Shown one piece after another: positions 46,877 through 55,793 of a DNA stretch of 60,448 nucleotides. The stretch lies in contig JBBAEW010000004.1 of NCBI GenBank assembly GCA_041655695.1, positions 1 to 60,448 on the forward strand. Direction: 5' to 3'. A program made the position numbers and the translations under genes. How positions within the stretch are numbered: position 1 is the stretch's first letter; each line of letters opens with the position of its first letter. This DNA is from Saccharofermentanales bacterium (GTDB lineage Bacteria; Bacillota; Clostridia; Saccharofermentanales; DTU023). The notes below the pieces were generated by a model. That model saw nothing but the letters and a program-made list of their open reading frames with translations. It was not told the DNA's origin and did no database searches.

Positions 46877-47018
46877 GGCAGTTCCTTTCTCTCTTGCGCT
46901 TTCTTTAATGATCAGGCCTTTGGATCAGGCTGCTACAATCATAACAGAATCCTCCTGCCCCTCGTGTCCAAGCTCTTTGTGTGAGAGAATTGAGGCCAGT
47001 TGGAAGGAAACCTGATTG

Positions 47019-48206
47019 ATGCGGATAAAAGCCCGGAACAACCATAAGGACACCAGCCCCCCTTCGTTTCTTGGGGTTCTGATCTTTTTTTCTCTTTCAG
47101 GGGCCCTCCTGCTGGCTTTGATGCTTTTGCGGGCGGCCGCCTTCAAAAACCCGTCCCTGGCCGACGCTTATACCCGCTCCGTCTTCAGGCCCCTGGCAGC
47201 TGTCTGGACCAGATTCCAGGGCTTGCTTCCCTTTTCCCTGACGGAATTCCTGCTGATTCTGGGCAGCCCTGCCCTTCTTATTCTTCTGATCCTGGCCCTG
47301 ATCCGCCTGATACGAAGGCCCCACTACCGCCTCCGCCGCCTGCTGAAAAAGAGCCTGAGCCTCCTGGCAATAGCCGGTCTCCTCCTGAGCTTATTCCTGG
47401 TCTTTCACGGCATCAATTACGCCCGTTCCCCCTTGGCCCAGGACCTGTCTTTATCCGTCCGTCAGAGGCCCGTCCATGAGTTGGAGGAGGCGGTCCGCCT
47501 GCTGGCCAAGGCCGCCAGCCAGACCCGGGAAGAGGTGGATGAATCGGAAGAGGGTCTGGCCGACCCTGGCTCCCTGGCCCATATGTGGGAGACAGCCTAT
47601 GTGGGCTGGGACCTGGCCGCGGTCCGCTGGCCTGCCCTGGCAAGCAGTGTCCGGGCCCGGCCCAAGGGGGTGCTCCTGTCTCACTACTGGTCCTACACCA
47701 ATATCGTGGGTCTCTATATGCCCCTCCTGGTTGAGCCCAATGTCAATATTGACCAACCCGCCTTCATGATTCCCATGACAGCGGCCCATGAAATCGCTCA
47801 CGCACAGGGCTTTGCCCGTGAAGGGGATGCCGATTTCGCGGCCTTGCTCAGCTGCCTGTCCCACCCGGACCCCGCCTGGCGTTACTCGGGCCTCATGGGA
47901 GCCTGGAAAAGCGCCGGCAACCGCCTGTTGCAGGAAGATCCAGATCTTTGGCGGCAAATCTGGCAGGAAGAGCTGTCCCCTGCCGTCAAGAGAGACCTGG
48001 CGGCTGAATCTGCCTATTGGGAGGCTTTCCAGACGCCGGTCGCCGACCTGTCCGACAAGGTCAACGACACCTATTTGAAGGCCAACAAGGAGGAAGAGGG
48101 CGTCAAGAGCTACGGCCAGGTTGTCGATCTCCTGCTTGCCTTCCTGGAGGACCCCGGGGCCGCTGACCTCTTCTTTTCCAATCCCCCTGCAGACCAGGCG
48201 GGTTAA
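47019..48206 (+). CDS. DUF3810-family membrane protein (HExxH)
   Basis: 3 N-terminal TMs, GINYAR, GLYMPLLVEPNVN, AHEIAHAQGFAREGDADF, YLKAN...GVKSYGQVV. Confidence 0.8.
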   Translation: MRIKARNNHKDTSPPSFLGVLIFFSLSGALLLALMLLRAAAFKNPSLADAYTRSVFRPLAAVWTRFQGLLPFSLTEFLLILGSPALLILLILALIRLIRRPHYRLRRLLKKSLSLLAIAGLLLSLFLVFHGINYARSPLAQDLSLSVRQRPVHELEEAVRLLAKAASQTREEVDESEEGLADPGSLAHMWETAYVGWDLAAVRWPALASSVRARPKGVLLSHYWSYTNIVGLYMPLLVEPNVNIDQPAFMIPMTAAHEIAHAQGFAREGDADFAALLSCLSHPDPAWRYSGLMGAWKSAGNRLLQEDPDLWRQIWQEELSPAVKRDLAAESAYWEAFQTPVADLSDKVNDTYLKANKEEEGVKSYGQVVDLLLAFLEDPGAADLFFSNPPADQAG

Positions 48207-48207
48207 C

Positions 48208-48235
48208 TTGACAATACTCTATCCGGTTATAGAAT
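48208..48235 (+). promoter_or_regulatory. sigmaA promoter of the MBOAT-DHHW operon
   Basis: TTGACA, 16-bp spacer, TAGAAT. Confidence 0.65.
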
Positions 48236-48258
48236 GAGGGGCATGGGGAGTTAGAGGT

Positions 48259-49674
48259 ATGGTATTTTCTTCACTGATTTTTTTATATGTTTTTTTACCA
48301 ATCTGCCTGATCGCGGTCTGGCTGACCTCCAGCATCCGCCTGCAAAATGCCATTCTCCTGACCGCTTCACTCTTCTTTTACGCCTGGGGTGAACCTGTTT
48401 ACATCATCCTGCTCCTGATCACCACCCTGGTTATCTGGCTTTGCGGCCTTTTCCTGGGTAAGGCGCGGACCACGGCAGGCCGCCGGGGCTTTCTGGTGGC
48501 GGCCATCATCATCTCCCTGTCCAGTCTCCTCTACTTTAAATACACAGGTTTCCTGGTTGAGATCTTCAACCTGCTGCCCTTTGTCAACCTGCCTGTCCCC
48601 AGGATTTCCCTGCCCATCGGGATTTCCTTTTACACCTTTCAGGCTTTGACCTACATCATCGACCTCTACCGGGGTGAGATCAAAATCCAGCGTTCCTACG
48701 CCCGCTTTCTCCTCTACGTCTCCCTCTTCCCCCAGCTGATTGCCGGCCCCATCGTCCGCTATGCCGATGTTGAGAAGGAGCTGCACCGCAGGAAGATCAC
48801 CCTGGAAGGCATGTCCGCAGGTATCACCCGCTTTCTGGGAGGCCTTGCCAAGAAGGTCCTGATCGCCAACTACGCCAGTGAGATCGTCGAACTCTGCCTG
48901 GAGTCGGAACACTTCGCCCAGGTCAGCTCGGCGACGGCCATCCTGGGCATGGTAGCCTTTGCCATCCAGATCTACTTTGACTTTTCCGGCTATTCCGATA
49001 TGGCCATCGGTCTGGGTCTCATGTTCGGCTTTCATTTCCTGGAGAACTTCCGCTATCCCTACATCGCGACGACCATCACGGAGTTCTGGCGGCGCTGGCA
49101 CATCTCGCTCAGCACCTTCTTCCGCGATTATGTCTACATCCCCCTGGGCGGCAACCGGCGTTTCCGCCTTCGCAACACCTTCCTGGTCTGGTTTTTGACC
49201 GGCCTCTGGCACGGAGCCAATATCAACTTCGTTCTCTGGGGCCTCTATTACTTCCTCCTGCTCATGTTTGAACGGGCCCTCATCCTGCCCTACAAGGAAA
49301 AAATTCCCAGGCTCCTGGGCCACCTTTGGACCATGCTGGCCGTCCTCGTAGGCTGGAGCCTCTTCTATTTCACGGATATGGGGCGTTTGCAGACCTTCTG
49401 GACCCGGATCTTCTCCCCGGGCCTTGCGGGCTTTGCCGATATCGAGGCCAGGATCCTCTGGAAACAGCATATCCTCTTTATTCTGGTGGCTGCCCTCTTC
49501 TCCACCCCCCTCCTGCACTGGCTGCGCAAGCGCCTGTCGCGGCCGCTCAGGCAGCTGCAGACATCCCCCCTGGGCGGAATTCTTCAGACCGCGGGCGTCC
49601 TGATCCTGCTCCTGATCTCGACTGCCGCCCTGGTGGCATCCAGTTACAACCCCTTCCTCTATTTCCGCTTCTGA
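48259..49674 (+). CDS. MBOAT family O-acyltransferase (AlgI/DltB-like)
   Basis: LPIGISFYTFQ, FPQLIAGPIVR, YFDFSGYSDMA, EFWRRWHISL, GLWHGA, YNPFLYFRF. Confidence 0.95.
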   Translation: MVFSSLIFLYVFLPICLIAVWLTSSIRLQNAILLTASLFFYAWGEPVYIILLLITTLVIWLCGLFLGKARTTAGRRGFLVAAIIISLSSLLYFKYTGFLVEIFNLLPFVNLPVPRISLPIGISFYTFQALTYIIDLYRGEIKIQRSYARFLLYVSLFPQLIAGPIVRYADVEKELHRRKITLEGMSAGITRFLGGLAKKVLIANYASEIVELCLESEHFAQVSSATAILGMVAFAIQIYFDFSGYSDMAIGLGLMFGFHFLENFRYPYIATTITEFWRRWHISLSTFFRDYVYIPLGGNRRFRLRNTFLVWFLTGLWHGANINFVLWGLYYFLLLMFERALILPYKEKIPRLLGHLWTMLAVLVGWSLFYFTDMGRLQTFWTRIFSPGLAGFADIEARILWKQHILFILVAALFSTPLLHWLRKRLSRPLRQLQTSPLGGILQTAGVLILLLISTAALVASSYNPFLYFRF

Positions 49675-49691
49675 TTTGCTAGGATGGTCTT

Positions 49692-51038
49692 ATGAAAACA
49701 CGTCAGTCCAATCACACCATGACCGTCCTCTCCTTTCTGGTCGCCCTTCTGGTTATCGGTGTCCTGCATCTGATCATCCCTGAGGAGGATATCTCCCTGG
49801 ATGAGGGTCGGAGCCTGAACCATTTCCCCAAGCTTATCTATGCCGATGCATTGACCGGCCAGTCAGCTGTCAAGATCGAGAAATGGTACAACGACCAGTT
49901 TCCCTTCCGCCAGTCCTTTATCCAGGCGGGCAAGGCCTGGCGGTCGGTCGCCTATCCCAACCTTAACGCGGACGGCCTGGCTATCTATCTGATTCCTGAC
50001 GAGCAGGGCGTTCCCATCCCCGAACCTGAGCCGACAGAACCTCCGGCCACCGAGCCCTCCACAGGACCGACCGAGCCCCAGGGCACCGATCCGACGGATC
50101 CTCCGGAGCCGACCGAGCCGCCCCTGCCGCCTCCTCTGGATCCCGTGGATGATGTGATTTCAACCAAGCTCCTGCTCATCATCAACCAGCGGGCCATGGA
50201 GCGTTATTACGGAAATGAAGAGCGGCTCAAGACCTATGCCGGCAAGCTCAATACCCTGGATCAAAAACTGGGGGACGGTGTTCAGCTCTACAGCCTGATC
50301 GCGCCGACGGCCATCGAACTCTTCGCCCCGGACGAACACCACTCGGGCTATTCATCGCAGAAGCTCTGCATCGGGATTGTCAACGAGGCCCTGGACGACA
50401 AGGTCATCAGCGTCAACGCTTACGACAAGCTGCTCTTTAACCGGGACCGCTACATCTATTACCGGACCGACCATCACTGGACCGGCCTGGGCGCCTATTA
50501 CGCCTATACGGCCTTCTGTGAATCAGCCGGTCTCCAGGCGACCGCCCTTGAGGATATGGAGCATTACCAGATCGAGGGAACCTACCTGGGTTCGCTTTAC
50601 CGGGTATCCAAGAACGAGGTTCTCAAGAACAACCCGGACACGACCGAGGGCTGGAAGCCCAATGCCGAATACACGGCAACCGCCTGGGACAACAGCGAGA
50701 TGACCGTCACCTATAAGATCCGCCTCAACGATGAGCGCATCAAGGGCAGCAACAGCTACCTGAATTTCTCCGGCGGAGACCGGGCTCTTCTGAAAATCGA
50801 GACCGATCACACCATCGGCCGCAAGATCCTGGTGGTCAAGGACTCCTTCGGCAATGCCTTCGTCCCCTACCTGGCTAACCATTTCGACGAGGTCTATGTA
50901 GTGGACCCCCGCTACTATGTCCGCAGCATCAATAAACTGGTAGCGGACAACGGAATCACCGATGTCCTCATCCTCAATTACATGTTCGGCACTTCAAACG
51001 CCACCTGGCTCAAGGGGTTTGACCTCATTGCCAAGTGA
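49692..51038 (+). CDS. DHHW-family (AlgJ/AlgX-like) extracellular O-acyltransferase
   Basis: N-terminal TM, DQFPFR, Pro/Glu/Thr linker, YYRTDHHWT, KDSFGN, VDPRYY. Confidence 0.88.
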   Translation: MKTRQSNHTMTVLSFLVALLVIGVLHLIIPEEDISLDEGRSLNHFPKLIYADALTGQSAVKIEKWYNDQFPFRQSFIQAGKAWRSVAYPNLNADGLAIYLIPDEQGVPIPEPEPTEPPATEPSTGPTEPQGTDPTDPPEPTEPPLPPPLDPVDDVISTKLLLIINQRAMERYYGNEERLKTYAGKLNTLDQKLGDGVQLYSLIAPTAIELFAPDEHHSGYSSQKLCIGIVNEALDDKVISVNAYDKLLFNRDRYIYYRTDHHWTGLGAYYAYTAFCESAGLQATALEDMEHYQIEGTYLGSLYRVSKNEVLKNNPDTTEGWKPNAEYTATAWDNSEMTVTYKIRLNDERIKGSNSYLNFSGGDRALLKIETDHTIGRKILVVKDSFGNAFVPYLANHFDEVYVVDPRYYVRSINKLVADNGITDVLILNYMFGTSNATWLKGFDLIAK

Positions 51039-51094
51039 GAGGGATCCGGCCTGCCAGACTGAAGCCATCCCACCCAAAGGAAAGGAATCAACTT

Positions 51095-51586
51095 ATGCGC
51101 ATCACCATCCCCCAGCTTCCGGCCTCACAAAATGATTTTGTCGCCCTGGCTACCGATCAGATGAAAAGGCCCGAAGGAACCGCTGCCCTGCTGATCGTAG
51201 CCCTCAAGGTCTATACCCAGGACCGCCAAATTGGCCTGGAAATGTTGAATTTCCTCCACGGTCCCCGACCCATGTCTGTACGCGACCAGCAATTCCTCCG
51301 GGACAGGCTCATGGACAAGCCCTATCTTCCGGACTCTTATTGTGTCGGTGCCAAACCTGAAAATAATTACCAGCCGGATCTACCTCTGACCATCGAAGTC
51401 CTCTCCGACCCCATACCGGCCGAGAGCGATGAATTCAAGCGCCTTCGCATGATCTCCTCCGGGGCGGACAGCCCCCGCATCGTCACCCTGCGCCGCAAGG
51501 CTTCAGGCGATGATTGGTTTCTCTGGGACTACCCGGCCATTGTGACAGGCATCCGGATCCCGGTCGAGGAGGATCCCTGGGCCTGA
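51095..51586 (+). CDS. Conserved hypothetical protein (DUF6935-like)
   Basis: PYLPDSY, GAKPENNY, SSGADSPR, IRIPVEEDPWA. ATG 51095 after AAAGGA. Confidence 0.65.
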   Translation: MRITIPQLPASQNDFVALATDQMKRPEGTAALLIVALKVYTQDRQIGLEMLNFLHGPRPMSVRDQQFLRDRLMDKPYLPDSYCVGAKPENNYQPDLPLTIEVLSDPIPAESDEFKRLRMISSGADSPRIVTLRRKASGDDWFLWDYPAIVTGIRIPVEEDPWA

Positions 51587-51604
51587 ATCCCTCTTTCTGT
51601 ACAT

Positions 51605-51640
51605 CTATAAAAAAACCGCCCGGAGGCGGTTTTTTTATAG
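51605..51640. terminator. Bidirectional intrinsic terminator
   Basis: CTATAAAAAAACCGCC-CGGA-GGCGGTTTTTTTATAG. Confidence 0.88.
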
Positions 51641-52819
51641 CCTGGCAAGGCCGCTGGCAAGGGCCGCATCAAAGACTGCCTTGGCCACCGTATCCTTGAC
51701 CGCAGGATCCATGGCATCGGGCAGGATTCTCTGGTCTGTCAGCTGATCCTCCGGGATCATGTCGGCCAGAGCCTGGGCGGCCGCCCGTTTCATATCATCA
51801 TTAATATCGGAAGCCCGGGCGTCAAAGGTTCCCCGGAAAATGGCGGGGAAGGCCAGGACATTGTTGATCTGGTTGGGATAATCCGACCGGCCGGTCGCCA
51901 TGATGGCGGCTCCCGCCTCCAAAGCTTCCCGGGGGTCGATTTCGGGGTCGGGATTGGCACAGGCAAAAACGATGGGATCCTGGGCCATGGACCGGACCAT
52001 ATCTCCCGTAACGGTGCCCGGGCCTGACAGGCCGATGAAGACATCAGCCCCCTTCATGGCATCCGCCAGTGAACCCTGGAGTCCCTCCTGGTTGGTTATG
52101 GCCGCAATGGCCTCCTTCTCGGGGTTCATGCCCTGGCTCCGCCCCTGGTAAAGCGCCCCCTGGCGGTCGCAGACGATCATGTTCCGGGCCCCGGCCGACA
52201 TGAGCAGGCGGGCAACGGCGATGGTCGCGGCACCGGCTCCGCCGAAGACAATGCGGACCTGGTCCATGGCCCTGCCGGTCAGCTTGAGGGCGTTGATCAA
52301 GGCCGCCAGAACAACAACAGCCGTCCCGTGCTGGTCATCGTGGAAGATGGGAATATCGCAGATTTCCTTCAAACGCCGCTCAATCTCAAAGCAGCGGGGA
52401 GCCGAGATATCCTCCAGGTTGATTCCGCCAAAACTGCCTGACAGGAGGTAGACCGTCCGGACGATCTCGTCCACGTCCTGTGAGCGAATACAGAGGGGGA
52501 AGGCGTCGACATCGCCGAAAGCCTTGAAGAGAACGCACTTGCCCTCCATAACCGGCATGGCGGCTTCGGGGCCGATATCTCCCAGACCCAGCACAGCCGA
52601 CCCATCCGTCACCACCAGGCAGAGGTTCCACCGGCGGGTATAAAGAAAGGATTTGGAAGGATCTTTTTCAATAGCCAGACAGGGGGCTGCCACCCCCGGG
52701 GTATAGGCGATGGAAAGATCATCCTTGTTTTCAAGGCGGACCCGGGCCGCGATCTCAAATTTTCCCTGCCATTCGGCGTGCGCCTGAATAGACCTTGCAT
52801 CATAATCATGTTCCGACAT
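51635..52819 (-). CDS. NAD(P)-dependent malic enzyme (small type)
   Basis: AYTPGVA, TDGSAVLGLGDIG, MEGK, NLEDISAPRCF, HDDQHGTA, GAGAA, ATGRSDYPNQINNVL. ATG 52819. Confidence 0.93.
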   Translation of the reverse strand: MSEHDYDARSIQAHAEWQGKFEIAARVRLENKDDLSIAYTPGVAAPCLAIEKDPSKSFLYTRRWNLCLVVTDGSAVLGLGDIGPEAAMPVMEGKCVLFKAFGDVDAFPLCIRSQDVDEIVRTVYLLSGSFGGINLEDISAPRCFEIERRLKEICDIPIFHDDQHGTAVVVLAALINALKLTGRAMDQVRIVFGGAGAATIAVARLLMSAGARNMIVCDRQGALYQGRSQGMNPEKEAIAAITNQEGLQGSLADAMKGADVFIGLSGPGTVTGDMVRSMAQDPIVFACANPDPEIDPREALEAGAAIMATGRSDYPNQINNVLAFPAIFRGTFDARASDINDDMKRAAAQALADMIPEDQLTDQRILPDAMDPAVKDTVAKAVFDAALASGLARL

Positions 52820-52894
52820 AATCGACTCCCTCTTGCCTGGTATTGCGGGTTGGCTCTTGTAGGCGAACCCCCCACATGGTAGCATGAAAATGAA

Positions 52895-52926
52895 CTGTAA
52901 TAATTATGACTTTATAATCATTTTAA
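52895..52926 (+). promoter_or_regulatory. Tandem Per boxes (PerR operator)
   Basis: TTATAATCATTTTAA (52912-52926; 1 mismatch to TTATAATnATTATAA) and CTGTAATAATTATGA (52895-52909; 3 mismatches), upstream of a peroxiredoxin-Fur-family operon. Confidence 0.7.
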
Positions 52927-52985
52927 AGTCGTAAGGCCTCTGTCACGGCAACGCCGGGCAGAACAAAAGGAAAGGAAGAAAAAAG

Positions 52986-53594
52986 ATGCCAATGGTAGGG
53001 AAACCAGCCCCCTTGTTCACAGCGGAAGCTTATCACAAGGGCAAATGGGCTGAAGTGAATCTGGAGGATTACAAAGGTCAGTGGGTTATGCTCTGCTTTT
53101 ACCCCGGCGACTTTACCTTTGTCTGAGGAACCGAAGTGTCTGCAGTTGCAGCAAGATATGAAGAATTTGAAAAACTCGGCGTTCAGGTCCTGTCGATCTC
53201 GGTCGACAGCAAGTTCGTCCACAAGATTTGGAATGATGTCGAGCTGTCCAAAATAGCCGGCAGAGATGTACCCTTTCCCATGCTGTCCGACTCTTCCGGC
53301 GCTATCGGTGAACTCTTTGGTGTTTACGATCGCGAGGAAGGCGTTAACGTAAGGGGCCGCTTTATCATCGATCCAGATGGCATCATCCAGGCCATGGAGG
53401 TTCTTACACCTCCGGTCGGAAGAAACGTTTCGGAAGCTCTCCGTCAAATCAAGGCCTATCAGCTGGTCCGCCGGACCGGAGGCAAGGAAGTGACCCCCTC
53501 CGGCTGGCAGGAAGGCGGCAAGACCTTGAAACCGGGTATGGACCTGGTGGGCAGGATCGCTGAACATTGGACTGTTGCCGATTCCTATAAGTGA
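52986..53594 (+). CDS. prxU: Selenocysteine-containing peroxiredoxin (AhpC family, PrxU-like)
   Basis: ATG 52986 after GGAAAGGAAG reads [49 protein letters not shown](53124-53126)[14 protein letters not shown]..., in frame with the 152-aa track ORF. The TGA is codon 47 at the peroxidatic Cys position. Confidence 0.9.
53136..53159 (+). promoter_or_regulatory. Putative bacterial SECIS hairpin
   Basis: CTGC-AGTT-GCAG apical stem-loop (53140-53151) with G at loop position 2, loop starting after a 17-nt spacer from the UGA; lower pairing GTGT/ATAT with G-U pairs. Confidence 0.6.
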
Positions 53595-53625
53595 AGCGGC
53601 TATAGAAAGAGACTGGAAGAATCCC

Positions 53626-54039
53626 GTGAGCTTCAGGACCGTTGACCTGCTTAAAAAATACAGCATCAATCCGTCCAGCCAGCGGGTGCGTATTTTCGAC
53701 TATCTGGCAGCCTCCAAAGAGCACCCGACGGTCGATATCATCTACGAGGATCTGCAGAGGGAGGGGCACCTCTTTTCACGGGCAACCGTTTACAACACCG
53801 TCAACCTCTTCCTCCAGCGGGGCCTGATCCGCTCTGTCAAGGTCGACACGCACGAGATGCGCTACGATGTGGTTTCGGAATTCCACGCCCATTTCAAGTG
53901 TGAATCCTGCGGAGCCATCCTGGATCTGCCCATGGCGGAACCTCTGCCGCAGGACAGCCAGGGCCTGCTTATCCGGCAAGCCAGTCTGACCTACAGCGGC
54001 CTTTGCCGCAACTGCCGGAAAGATCAGGCGGATTTGTAA
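53626..54039 (+). CDS. perR: Fur-family regulator, PerR-like
   Basis: QRVRI, HPTVD, SRATVYNTV, RYD...HAHFKCESCG, GLCRNC; directly after the peroxiredoxin with Per boxes upstream. GTG 53626 (track start 53575). Confidence 0.8.
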   Translation: MSFRTVDLLKKYSINPSSQRVRIFDYLAASKEHPTVDIIYEDLQREGHLFSRATVYNTVNLFLQRGLIRSVKVDTHEMRYDVVSEFHAHFKCESCGAILDLPMAEPLPQDSQGLLIRQASLTYSGLCRNCRKDQADL

Positions 54040-54063
54040 AAGCCCCTGATCCTTATAAAGCTC

Positions 54064-54098
54064 AAGCCCCGGCTGCCCCTGGCAGCCGGGGCTTCTTT
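54064..54098. terminator. Terminator hairpin between convergent genes
   Basis: AAGCCCCGGCTGCC-CCT-GGCAGCCGGGGCTT followed by CTTT. Confidence 0.75.
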
Positions 54099-55573
54099 CA
54101 TCGGGGGGCCAGGGGGGATTCCAGGCTGATCCGGCCGTCCCGACGGGTTCGGGGAATCTTATGCTTGCGGAAATACTCAACGATATTGTCCTGAGCTGAT
54201 GTGCTGACGACCCGGATGCGGCCGGTTTGAGCCAGCTCTTCCCGGCTGATTCCGAAGGTATCGGCCAGAATGCCCACATGGTAGTCCTGCATGGCAATCC
54301 GGTAGTCCGCCTGATAGTCCAGGGGCTGGCCTTTCATGAGAATCTCCCGGATCTGGCCCTGATCATCAACCTGGACGCGGAGTTCGGCGTTCCATTGGTA
54401 GAACTCCCGCGAACCCTCCTGGTAAAGAGACCGCATCAGGTGGCCCAGCATGGCCTCCAGGACGTCTCCCTTGACAGAGAAGCTGATCATGGCCTCATCG
54501 TAAGGGAAAAGCTCCATCAGATCCGATCGGGTGACCAACTGGCCCAATTTTGGCTTTCGGATGGAGCCCGAAGCGATGAAGACCAGGTCGACACCCAGCT
54601 GGTAGCGGAGGATGTCAGCAAAAAGATTGCCCAGCTCCGTCTCGCGGAAACGGTCGCCGTGCTCCATTTCATGGGGCAGGCGGCTGATGACCGTGTTGTA
54701 CTTGCTGTCGACCTCCTCCTGGTACTTGGCCAGGAGTTGGTCCATGACCGGATCCTGGGGGCAGTGGTCGGCGTCGATGGGGACGGCCTGCCAGCTGAAG
54801 TCGTGGATATCATTGGAATCCATGTTGATTGTCAGATCGAAGCGGCCGATGAATTCCGTCCCTGAACCCACCTGGGCAATCAGGATATCCCCCACCCGCT
54901 CCGGCTGCTCCAGAAGGGTATGGCTGTGGCCGCCGATGATCAGATCAACCCCGATTTCCGGCGGCAGCATGGCGGCCAGCTCCTTGTCCTGTTCGAAACC
55001 GATGTGGGTCAGAAGGACGGTCAAATCAATGTCCACATCCTTGTAGCTGTTGCAGATGTACTCAACCTCCCTGGCCGCGTCCTCAATGCTGATGAAGGTA
55101 CCGACCAGGGGCTCGCTCTTGCTCTTGGCCACAACCTCCTCGGTCACGATGCCAATGAAGAGGATGCGGATCCCGTCAATTTCAATTATGTGGTAGGGCT
55201 TGAAGAGATTGGCTCCGGTTGGCTTGATGTAAAGGTTGGCGTTGACTATGGGGAAGCTGGCGCAGCGTTCCAGGAACATGAGGTGGGAAATCCCGTAATC
55301 CATCTCATGATTGCCAAGGGTCGCCACGTCGGGTTCCAGCATGTTCATGATCAGGATGGTGGAGATGCCCCGGTATTCCTGGTCGATAATGGAGCCCTGA
55401 AGCATATCGCCCGATATGACGTAGAGGACCGGGTCGGTCTCTTCTTCCCGGACCTTGTGGACATAGCCGGACAGGCGGCTCATACCCCCGACCACCTGGT
55501 CATGGGTTTCCCTGGCGAAGAAATCACCGTGCAGATCGTTTGAATGCAGCAATACCAACCGTCTCAATTCCAT
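54098..55573 (-). CDS. Metallophosphoesterase / 5'-nucleotidase (cytoplasmic, no signal peptide)
   Basis: HSNDLHG, SGDMLQGS, LGNHEMDYG, LTHIG, GGHSHT, C-terminal ETELGN/SGSIR domain. Confidence 0.92.
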   Translation of the reverse strand: MELRRLVLLHSNDLHGDFFARETHDQVVGGMSRLSGYVHKVREEETDPVLYVISGDMLQGSIIDQEYRGISTILIMNMLEPDVATLGNHEMDYGISHLMFLERCASFPIVNANLYIKPTGANLFKPYHIIEIDGIRILFIGIVTEEVVAKSKSEPLVGTFISIEDAAREVEYICNSYKDVDIDLTVLLTHIGFEQDKELAAMLPPEIGVDLIIGGHSHTLLEQPERVGDILIAQVGSGTEFIGRFDLTINMDSNDIHDFSWQAVPIDADHCPQDPVMDQLLAKYQEEVDSKYNTVISRLPHEMEHGDRFRETELGNLFADILRYQLGVDLVFIASGSIRKPKLGQLVTRSDLMELFPYDEAMISFSVKGDVLEAMLGHLMRSLYQEGSREFYQWNAELRVQVDDQGQIREILMKGQPLDYQADYRIAMQDYHVGILADTFGISREELAQTGRIRVVSTSAQDNIVEYFRKHKIPRTRRDGRISLESPLAPR

Positions 55574-55719
55574 ATGCAACCTCCATGGAGTCTTTTATTC
55601 CGGCCTGGGAGGCAGGAATCCCGCTTCTGAAAAATATAGCACAAGGCCCTTGCGGCAGGGCCTGAATGAGCCTGAATATTTATTAGATAAAATTCAATCG
55701 ATATTTTCTGACTGAATTG

Positions 55720-55747
55720 TTGACATTCGCTTTTCGTTATTTATAAT
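55720..55747 (+). promoter_or_regulatory. Consensus sigmaA promoter
   Basis: TTGACA (55720-55725), 16-bp spacer, TATAAT (55742-55747). Confidence 0.8.
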
Positions 55748-55793
55748 GGATACGTGGCCAGAAAGTGGCCATCATTTTGGAGGAGGAAACCCT

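Noticed and set aside
53124..53126. In-frame TGA read as a pseudogene-causing nonsense mutation
   Set aside because: It falls exactly on the catalytic Cys codon, both flanks are intact, and a SECIS-like hairpin follows; selenocysteine is the better explanation.
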